Source: Macrostomum lignano (Eukaryota). Taken from it: a DNA stretch of 64,000 nt. Each line of letters starts with the position of its first letter. The first letter of the stretch is position 1. This document shows, one piece after another, positions 55,101-64,000 of this stretch. The notes beneath the pieces are model-generated. The model saw only the letters and a list, made by a program, of their open reading frames with translations. It had not been told where the DNA came from and did no database searches. The stretch covers positions 806,001 to 870,000 of the forward strand of contig NIVC01000152.1 in assembly GCA_002269645.1 (NCBI GenBank). Direction: 5' to 3'. The position numbers and the translations under genes are program-made.

Positions 55101-56247
55101 TTTTTTGAAAATAATTTACTTTTACAAAAGTTATAACAAGTTGTTATCGTCAAAGGTAACTTTTTCAAGTTTTTTAGATACCTGAATTAAACAGCTACGA
55201 CTATTATAAATTTTTCGTACGTTTTCTGGACTTTAATTTTAATTTCATTTATTCTGTTAGCACGTCGTAATAATTAGCCAGAACAAAACCTCTTGGTCAT
55301 TCAGGGCTTCAGGTGTTCCTGGCCTGGCCTAAAAACGCTCTAAGTGTTGATAGAAGCTCCATACTGAAAATCGATAGCGTTATGAGAATTAAATGTGTCT
55401 TATTTTAAAATCCGGCATGTTTTTTCTTGGGTGCAGGTACGATCGATATGCTATAGCTAGCCCAATTAAATGCTGTCGAGAAATTTGCTTGCCGAAATAT
55501 TCTAGCCGTAGTTTGCTAGCCGAAGCTTACAAGAAGGAATTTTGTAGCAAGGATTTTGCCAGCCGAACTTGGTGCCTTGTTCTCTTATTTGTTTGCTTAT
55601 TGACAAAGTTAGTCAGCCAACTCTCTGATCCGTACATGTTGTACGATCGTATTAAAGCTTCTAGCTCGTGCGGTCACTACCAGCTACATGTATACTTAGG
55701 CTGAGAGTGGTATGTTAGTATGTATGTTAAAACTTTAAGTACCTGCCTTCTGCGGTAAAACATAATCAATGTCAAAGAGCTAGATTAATCTATATTACGT
55801 GCAAAATCCAATTGCTACTAGCAAAATTCCTGCTAGTAGCAAACTTCATACATGTAGCTCCCATATAATTCTTGTTCAGTATTTCCATTAATTATAGAGA
55901 AACTGTTTTTGGTTCTTATACAGTAAATTGCACAATGAATCCATTTACATGTGCATACTGCAGCTAGCACTGAATTAAATAAAAGGGAGAACTCTCATTA
56001 GCCTTAGGTGTTAAGAGTAGCTGTATTACATGATGAATGTATGCCATGATTGAAAGCAGCTGATAACGACTAAAACAAATAAAGGTTCGCGATTTGCTTC
56101 TCTCGATCTCTAACCTTCAATAAGTATGTTTATTACTAATTCATGTTGGTTGCAATTTCTGATAGGATATTGATCATGCAAATTTGTTAAGCAATTCAGT
56201 GAAAATAGAGCCACAGGATACTGTTTCACGAATTGACGTTTGTCCAC

Positions 56248-59200
56248 CACAGTGTATTTCTTTGGTAAGATTTTTTGAAAAAAATGGCCACTCAAGATTT
56301 TTACCATCATTAATAGATCACATTTTTCTAGAGAGGAAGCCACAATATTAAAAAAATCTTGTCGAGCGGTTGCTGAGTAACTACTGTTTTTCTGTTTTTC
56401 ATGCTGTTTCATGCTGTTTTCATTTTTTTGCTTTGATACAGGCTATAATAGGCAAATTGGTATCAAAAACATTATTCAATGTTTTTCTTTCAACATTAAT
56501 AAATTATATTATTAGTATAAGTTTAAAGAATGCTTGTACAATATAAAAACTCAGCTTGAAACGTAGTTGTACAATGTCAATATAAATTACACATTAAGAG
56601 TGAAAACAATGTCAAAGTCCACACTGACTACATGTCCTACACATGTCGGCTATTATAATGACGCACAGCCTGAAGCAAATGACTTCCAAAGCTGGGATTT
56701 TCTACATCCTTGACCTTGAAGTTCGCCCATAGCTGCTGAAAGTCGTGGTGCACTGCTTCAGATGCCTGTTCACTCCAGGGACCAAGTCCTCGCTGTTGCA
56801 TCAAACAGAACTGTGGCACATGATGCAGCACTGTGTGAACTTTCGGTGTCACTGAGATCCCGAGGTCCATGAACGCCACTTGAAAATCAGCGATCGTCTG
56901 CTGGAAATTGGAGGCCAGTTCATTGCCAAAGCAGCTGGACACAACAAGCCTGAAGCAGCGCAGTGCAGCAACGTACGGCAAGCACTGTAGCGGGCACATC
57001 GATGCCAGAGCATCAACATTCTGCAGGAGCACTTTGCAGCTGTTGCCGGTAAAACTGCCGCCGTGAATTGCCTCCCTGGCGACGTGGCAGTGATGCAGCC
57101 ATCTGTCACACTCTGGCCACACTGACTGCATACTACAGTAAATGGTATTTACTACTCCAGTTAGCAGGTGCAGTTCGGGCGGTGGTACAATTTCTAGGAC
57201 CATTGTTGAGGCTGGGAAATTTTCTAGAAGACAGGGACGTACCACATTTCCAAAATTCTTGGCAGCTGCAAGCTTGGAGCCAGAAGCCTGGAAGTTTGCA
57301 TGGCTGTCTTCGAGAAGCTTCAGTGTGCGATCTGTGCCCTTCTGCAATAGCTTATTCTTGTGGGCATCGCACCAGCAGCAGGGATGAGCAGCACTGTGAG
57401 CCATAAGCCCAAGCAGCATGTTGCACAGCTTTAAGTCGCTAGCGATGGTAAATTTGCCTTGAAGACTGCTCAGTCCAGCTGCCCTCCACAGCAACTCCAG
57501 GTTCTGGTAATTTTCTTGAATGGCTGGTGCGATGGCTACAATAAGAATTCGTTTAACACCGGAGTGCTTTAGCCGACTGCTGCGAGAGTTGCTGCTACAG
57601 GCTGCCTGCGAAGGCTCAGTGGAGTCAACACACCAACTGGAATCAAACACAGACAGGCAGATCTTGAAGAACCCACCACCTCCATCAATGCCAACCTTAA
57701 TCATACAGGTCGATGGGTTCAGTTGTCTTTCTTGAATAATTTGCTCGAGAAGCTGCTGAATGCGCACACAAATAACAGCTGGACGTGATGTTACTTCTGT
57801 CACAACTCCTCGCTCCATGTTGACGAAGTCCAACTGTTGTAGTTCAAAAAAGCTGTCGAGCTGGTGGTGAATGTCAGACAGCTTTTGTTGGAGGTACGAC
57901 TCTACAGCTGTTTTTGAACCCGACGCTGCTCTAATATGGTGAGCCAGCTTCAGCATAGAGCGCGTGCTGAGGCCCATATCCTGCTGAATGCTCACCATGC
58001 TGCTGACGCTCAGCTGCTGTGGTTGCTTCGGCGTACTCTGAGATGGTGGCTCCACTTCCATGTAAAAGCCTTCTGCATTATGTGCCCTTGTAGCAGGAGT
58101 ACAGACATGTGACTTGCCTCGATTTAGCTGCGAGAGGCACTTCACACAGAGCTTCATGCTGACTGGGCGTCGAGTTTTTGACACAGTGCTGGCAGTGGGC
58201 TCGCAACCAATCCTACTTTGACTGTCAGCGCTTGGCCTTCCTCGTGGTCGCCGATTAACTGCTGCTGGATGTCCAAAGTTTGCGGAGCTTTCTCTGGCAG
58301 CCTGACACACAATACAGTTGCATCGAGTAGCTGCTCGGCTTCGTGTTCGAGGAGGCTGGGCTCCAATCTTAGAGTGGTCGAAGTCGGGCAGCGAGGACGA
58401 AAAGTTTCCTTTCTCGTACTCTAGCAGCGTTATCCTGCATTTTGTGCACAGAGCACTTGGTAGCCGATCGTCCTGCGTATCGTAGCCATGCATCTTGAAC
58501 TCTGAGATGAGTGACTGCATGTGCTCATTTATCCGGCGCATTTCCTTGCCCTTATGCATGCAGATGAGGCAGACGATGAGACGAGCATCTTCGTGCGTTC
58601 TGGCACTGCTGCTTTTACTCATAATGCCTAACACTGAGCGTGCTTGGTGTCGATTAAGAAAGGTGCTACACAACAAATCTGATATGTAATGAGACGCAGA
58701 GATTGCGCAATGAATATAAAAACTTCTCTAGTTAGATTAAAGTGAAATCAATCGATAAGAGCGACTTATATATATTCATTGATTGCTGAGCAGACAAGTT
58801 TTTAGCTCAGCAAACTTGTGTGCATTGCGCAATGTATAGCACACTATTTGATTGAGTAATAGATGAGTGACTGCGTTCTTCAACTCCAAATCATGCACAC
58901 ACAGTCTCCCCTCAATAGAGAAGTAGTACAGCTAGTACAAAACCTATTTGTTACATTCAATCACACAATTGTACCCTGTATTTTTGGAACATTCATTTTG
59001 ATTAGCATATGAAATGTGTGTAAAAAACAGCCTATTTGTTGGCTAAACAAATGGACCTTAAGCTTATAAGTGATTTTCTGTTTGAACTAGAAAAACAAAA
59101 ACAAATAGCACGAAACAGCATAAAACAGCATTAAAAACAGAAAAACAGTAGTTTCTTAGCAACTGCTCGATGGATTTTTTAAAGTCTTGTAGCATTCTCT

Positions 59201-59283
59201 CTGGACATACATGATCTATTGATGATAGTAAAAATCTGGGGTGGCCATTTTTTCAAAAAATGTCACCATAGAAATACACTGTG
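56248..59283 (-). mobile_element. Chapaev-type (RAG1/Transib-related DDE) DNA transposon, 3036 bp, apparently autonomous
   Basis: ~170-bp imperfect TIRs that both start CACAGTGTATTTCT, 4-bp TSD CCAC (56244-56247 and 59284-59287), and a single intact transposase ORF. Confidence 0.9.
56637..58622 (-). CDS. Chapaev-type transposase (661 aa from first ATG)
   Basis: N-terminal H-x7-CxxC...P..LCxxC zinc module and CxCxxC. Core motifs KVGIDGGGG (D), ASDLKL (D), HPCCWC, PELHLLTG, KVHTVLHH and WSEQASEAVH (E). No stops or frameshifts. Confidence 0.9.
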   Translation of the reverse strand: MSKSSSARTHEDARLIVCLICMHKGKEMRRINEHMQSLISEFKMHGYDTQDDRLPSALCTKCRITLLEYEKGNFSSSLPDFDHSKIGAQPPRTRSRAATRCNCIVCQAARESSANFGHPAAVNRRPRGRPSADSQSRIGCEPTASTVSKTRRPVSMKLCVKCLSQLNRGKSHVCTPATRAHNAEGFYMEVEPPSQSTPKQPQQLSVSSMVSIQQDMGLSTRSMLKLAHHIRAASGSKTAVESYLQQKLSDIHHQLDSFFELQQLDFVNMERGVVTEVTSRPAVICVRIQQLLEQIIQERQLNPSTCMIKVGIDGGGGFFKICLSVFDSSWCVDSTEPSQAACSSNSRSSRLKHSGVKRILIVAIAPAIQENYQNLELLWRAAGLSSLQGKFTIASDLKLCNMLLGLMAHSAAHPCCWCDAHKNKLLQKGTDRTLKLLEDSHANFQASGSKLAAAKNFGNVVRPCLLENFPASTMVLEIVPPPELHLLTGVVNTIYCSMQSVWPECDRWLHHCHVAREAIHGGSFTGNSCKVLLQNVDALASMCPLQCLPYVAALRCFRLVVSSCFGNELASNFQQTIADFQVAFMDLGISVTPKVHTVLHHVPQFCLMQQRGLGPWSEQASEAVHHDFQQLWANFKVKDVENPSFGSHLLQAVRHYNSRHV

Positions 59284-60201
59284 CCACATTTATCTCTTTG
59301 TTAAATCAGGATAGCAGAGTTCAGGCTCGATTCTTGGGGCAAGCTAGCGGAGCAGTTGAGGAGGCGAAGAGGCGGAGAGCCGGAGCGGCGAGGGGGGCGA
59401 GGACACGAGCGCAGGAGGGCGAGAGGGGACCAAGGGACGAGGGCGGACAGGCTTCATTCTCACTGAACGCTAGTATATATATGATTTCTATAACCCATTT
59501 CATTGGTGTTCGCTTCACGCAATAGGATCTTTACTGCCGCACAAGCATGTGCTGTTCTTTCCTGATAGAAAATCCTTCTAAAGTTCGCAGTAGACTAAAA
59601 AATAACATTGGGCATAACATGCTCAAATTAAGATCACTTCCTTACTACCAAGGTTTTAAAACTGCTTCACAGGAAAAAAAATCAGTTCGGAGAAGTCGAC
59701 TCACGCGCATGTTCATGATCAACTCAGGCGTTAGAAAAAAATCTGGTGGGCACGTGAGTATTTATAAAAAAATTAAAGAATTTCAGATATATACTTTTGG
59801 TAAAAATATAATTCTAGAGTTTGTAAAAAGCGATGTGTTATGAAGGACCGAAAGCAGCAACACCTTGAAGTACTTGCAGGTGGGAAGAGCCAGCAGACCC
59901 AAATTCTGAGCTCCAATCTGGAACCATGATGAGGGTACTCAAACAACAAAATAGGTTGTTCGAACAGCTACATGTATAGGTTAGTTTCTGAACAGGACAG
60001 AATAAAATAGATAGCTGGTGCAGTAGAGCCTTTAAAACTTAACTTTTTAACCAAAACCATGAAGTAAAACAACAAAAAGCAATTTATTACAGAGTTAAGT
60101 TGATTAGACTCACAGCAAGAAGCTAGGCTACATGGTGCATGCGAGGACTTCATGAGGATTTTAGCATAAAGATGCTAAAAGACTCAATGAATCAAGCACT
60201 A

Positions 60202-60579
60202 TCAGCAGGTGGAGTGGAATAATCCAGCAACTCTCTGGCCCTCGCGCACCAGCTCGTTGTATTTAAAGACAGCCTCCTCAGTCTGCAGTACAAAGACCTG
60301 AGCGCATCGCTCCTTGGCATACAGAACAGTACTCTCCGGAACTTGCAACACCAGCTCCATGCCGCAGGAGATCACCAAAGCGTCCAAGTAATGGCTTTTG
60401 TCAAACAGTTCATCTAGGTCAGTTGGTTGAACCCCGGGGTTATGCGAGGTGCCTGTCTCAGACCAGTCCCAAGCGCGACTGCCTGTTGGCCAAACTTTAG
60501 CATCTTTGTAGGGCCTGTCCTTGCCACTCACCAGTATAGAGCCCCATTGAACTTTAGTAATGATTGGTCCAGAGGACAT
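60202..60579 (-). CDS. AAMDC: Mth938 domain-containing protein (adipogenesis-associated), 125 aa
   Basis: WG...YKD.KVWP.GSR.WDW.ETGT.H.PGVQP.D, LQTE.AV..YN.L and C-terminal HSTC. Confidence 0.93.
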   Translation of the reverse strand: MSSGPIITKVQWGSILVSGKDRPYKDAKVWPTGSRAWDWSETGTSHNPGVQPTDLDELFDKSHYLDALVISCGMELVLQVPESTVLYAKERCAQVFVLQTEEAVFKYNELVREGQRVAGLFHSTC

Positions 60580-61444
60580 GGCAACATTGAGTTGACATGA
60601 ATTCCACAGTTTTCGAATTTGATATTCTTTCTAGACAAGCATTATACACAAATAAATGCTAACAAGCTAGACATGTAACTCAAAGTATCTACATTTCAAG
60701 GTCATTCGGGAAAAGGCTTAGCTATCAAGACTCATGGGGGAATGGCTAAGAAGTAAAGACTCGAGAGGGATTGCTGAAATACTATGGTAGGCCAAACATC
60801 AAATGGAAAGTAACAGTTAGGATTAAGCCATGGCCTTAAGAGGCTTTGATGGCAAAGCTCCAAAGCGATGCTGATATCTTAAGCTAGATGGCTGGCTTTC
60901 ATTTGCAAGGTAGATGAATCAAACATCATTCTCCTTAAGAAAGAAACAATAGTTATTATATAAGATCAAAAGCTAAATGTTTTTTTTTATATGGGTAGCT
61001 AAATCATAGCAAAAGTGTTGCATAAGCTCTGATTCTTTGCAACAAGATGCTGAAGACAAGAAAGTAGCCAAGTCAGTAGGCAGATAATATTATTGTCACT
61101 TGCACTATAATATTATTGTCACTTGTCACTATAAGATTATTATCATTATACCAAAAAGATCTATTGTACTTGTAGGAAATACACCATACAAGTGGAGGTC
61201 CAAATTTGAATGTTAAAAAAGCAAGCTACAGGCATGCCGCATTAACTTTGCTTTGCATGTGGATGTGTGTGAGTGCTTTTGTGCATAAATTTTGCAAATA
61301 TAATACTATACTTGTGGGCAACATTATGCTAAAGTTTTGTCAACATTGGTTGAAAATGACAAAAGTTATTAATGTTTTGCTTTAAACCAGGCACATTACG
61401 TGGGCTACCCTGTATAATGACTATAGAACCTTCAATAATGTTCC

Positions 61445-62374
61445 AGAGGGGTGTCCCAAAAGTCGGTGCACTTTCTTTACAACAGCCTTTTCTGACCAAT
61501 CAGAAATGCTTATTTTGTAGCAGTTAACAAGAGAATTATCTGCCCGTTAGAATGACTTTCTATTTATTTTTGTATCTGCTGGCATTCTATAGATATGAGC
61601 AATTTTATGCCCCACCCCCTGTGCTACTTCTACAAATTGTCATACACCAAAGCTTTGTACCTGATGCACAAAACAACAAAACATTCAAAGAATCAACAAA
61701 ACATCCGCAGCATGAAACCTGAGGAAAGAACAGTCAAAAGTTAATCATCAAAATTGTCCTGAGGCTTCTCCACATAGTCACTGCTGCACTGCACACACTT
61801 CTGCCATCGGCTGTGCATGTCATCAAGGGCATCAGCAATATCTGAGCGCGGCATATCATGAAGGAGAACTTGGCGAATCAATGCTTCCCCAGGCTCCCAC
61901 AACAAGCAAAGATTTGTCCATGTAGCAGCTTCTTTATCTTTGGAAAGATGGAAAAGTCAGCTATTGACAAATCTAAAGAGAAGGCGTTGGTGAGAGCAGC
62001 TTAATATTTGCTTGCTCGATCGTCTCCTCTATATTCTTGGCCATGTGGGGACTTGCAATGTCATGGTGCAGAAGGTGCGGAGCCACAGTACCTAGTGGGC
62101 GGATATCTTTGACAGTTCCAACTCCGCAGTCATCGTGCGGTGTGAAACAGTGAACTTTGGACTGCAGATTTCATGCTGCAGATGTTTTGTTGATTCTTTG
62201 AATGTTTCGTTGTTTTGTGCATCAGGTACAAAGCTTTGGTGTATGGCAATTTGTAGAAGTAGCACAGGGGGGTGGGGCATAAAATTGCTCATATCTATAG
62301 AATGCCAGCAGATAAAAAAATAAATAGAAAGTCATTTTAATGGGCAGATAATTCTCTTGTTAACTGCTACAAAA
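61445..62374 (-). mobile_element. Internally deleted mariner element with ~210-bp inverted arms
   Basis: 61513-61721 is the reverse complement of 62164-62374. The interior (minus) encodes LHHDIASPH, DLSIADFSIFPKIK and RWQKCV..DYVE, matching mariner HDNARPH, YSPDLAPSD and the C-terminus. The left end GAGGGGTGTCCCAAAAGT resembles the 25976 MITE terminus. Confidence 0.8.
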
Positions 62375-63689
62375 TTTAGAGCAGAAAAGATCTATAAAAT
62401 AAAATACTATTGAGTTTCATAGTAATAGGCATACATGCGCAACCTCCAAAATTCGGTCAGCCATGTGACTTAGTTTTAACAAAAATGCGACATAGTTCTT
62501 GGCCAAAAATGCGACTTACATGTAAAAAACCTAAAGCAAAATTAACGAAACTTTGGGTAAACGGTAGAAGTACTCGTAACTATGACTGTCTTACTAAGCC
62601 AAAATGCCTCGTCAGCTACTTAGTACTACTACTTGGGTGTTTTTTGGGTGGGCATTTTTGCAACTTCCTTGGTTGGCCGCCAAATCGGTTGGCTAGATCG
62701 GCCAACTCGGCCGACTGTTGCGCATGTATGGTGATAGGTCATGGCAAATTTTTGCTATATATAAGAAAGCTAAATAGAAAAATAGAAAAAAGCAACTAAG
62801 AGCTTTTGTCATTTTGGTATGAAGACCTACCTATAGAAGGATGCAAGGCCTTTCCTGGGAAATACTTAGATTAAAAAAGAAATGACAAGAGTCTACAAAA
62901 AGGAAATGAAATACTTTACAGATATAATATAAAAAATAATTTCTATTTCTTTAGGCATATTGCAAGAAGTGATAGAATATTAAAGGCAATAGTTGAATAT
63001 TATTTTAAAGGTTGAGAAATAAGGAAATAAAGGCAAGCCACAATTGACTAGATAGGCAATTGAAAGAATGAAATAGAAAAAAGGTAAAGGCCAAGTATAG
63101 CTAAGAAAAATTTCTTTAGACTAAAGGTCAAGAAAAGTCATTATTTAAAAATGTGTATCAATGGACATAATGGCTAGGGACTTATGATGATAATAATAGT
63201 GTTCCAAAAGTATTTAGCCCCTATAGTAACTTCTAAACTGCAGTACAAGTATACAAATGAATGAAAAATTATACACAAGCACATGTATATAGGCCAAGCA
63301 GCTATGTAGAGTTTGGGCTCTCAGTTGAATATTTAAAATCTATCAGGAAGAATGTGAAGCCTAGCTTCTATAGTGCAATGTGTACTCAACCTAAATTTCT
63401 ATGGTCACAAACTCTAACCAGAGCTGTGGTTTCAAAGCATTTTTACTGGTGCCTAAAGTTAGTAGTTGTCTATCTGTTTCTAAGTTGCCTATCATACTTT
63501 TCTATAGATGAAATGAGTGAAATAATGAAATGAGTTACAATAAGGAAAAGGCCCAGTTTTTTGCTTATATAGAAAAGCAACTTGGCAAGAATGCTGCAAA
63601 AATTAACTGTATACTAAGTCAGAGTTGGAATGACTAAGCACCATGCTATGCCACCATAAAAAACTGGCTGGCTAACTTATAAATCTAGA

Positions 63690-63960
63690 AGATAGACATC
63701 ATTTGAAGACCTGCCCCAATGTGGCTAGCCTGTTTCTGCAAGTTGGGATGACAGGTTGCAAGAAATTTTGATGCTTGTCAGTGATGATCCACATATCACT
63801 GTGTGAGAGATTTTTGAAGACTGAGATACCTACTATAAGTATCTACAGAATCCTAATAGATATCCTGAAATTTCACAATGTTGCTTCTTTCTGGGTACCA
63901 AAGATTCTGATAGCACAGCAGATGGAGCAGAGGAGACTGCATGCAGCCATTATCAAGGAC
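63690..63960 (+). pseudogene. Decayed mariner transposase fragment (HTH and WVPHEL linker)
   Basis: EDLPQCG*PVS, DDPHITV*EI and YRIL.DIL.F..V.S.WVPKIL; stops fall at expected Arg (CGN) codons. Confidence 0.7.
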
Positions 63961-64000
63961 TGTTTTGTGAGATTAGGTGAGCAGAAAAACAACATCTACA

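Noticed and set aside
55812-55842. Perfect 12-bp hairpin as a Helitron 3' end
   Set aside because: No CTRR terminus at the expected distance and no matching 5' TC end identified.
59290-59470. GC- and purine-rich patch next to the Chapaev end as a captured exon
   Set aside because: It lies outside the TIR/TSD, has no recognisable motif, and no convincing splice pair was found.
55900-59600. RAG2-like partner gene (ProtoRAG architecture)
   Set aside because: Only ~390 bp and ~660 bp of non-coding sequence lie inside the TIRs, and no kelch- or PHD-like ORF was seen nearby.

Overview
Eukaryotic (metazoan, invertebrate) genomic DNA. GC-rich exons with GT-AG introns are embedded in AT-rich, repeat-dense sequence. 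The style (many unique minisatellites, Ala-rich proteins, splice acceptors just upstream of start codons) resembles a free-living flatworm such as Macrostomum, but this is inference only. Nine host genes all lie on the minus strand: OXNAD1-like, an ARM-repeat gene, PREB/SEC12, a 7-exon TDRD12/Yb-like piRNA-pathway gene, PPIH, two tandem PCNA copies, BCKDHA and AAMDC. One intron-containing tRNA-Tyr(GTA) is on the plus strand. Mobile DNA includes a solo LTR, a near-intact LOA/R1-group LINE with TAATG-coupled ORFs, two tRNA-derived SINE families, hAT- and mariner-type MITEs, mariner fossils and about 13 tandem arrays. The most striking element is an intact 3.0 kb Chapaev-type, RAG1-related transposon (56248-59283) with a 4-bp TSD whose two ends begin with the exact V(D)J RSS heptamer CACAGTG. 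Seven frameshifts in four loci can each be repaired by adding one base, mostly to a base run, which points to long-read assembly error rather than pseudogenisation. The ORF track's GTG/TTG starts are not real starts for this eukaryote. No database searches were run, and all alignments and counts were done by eye.
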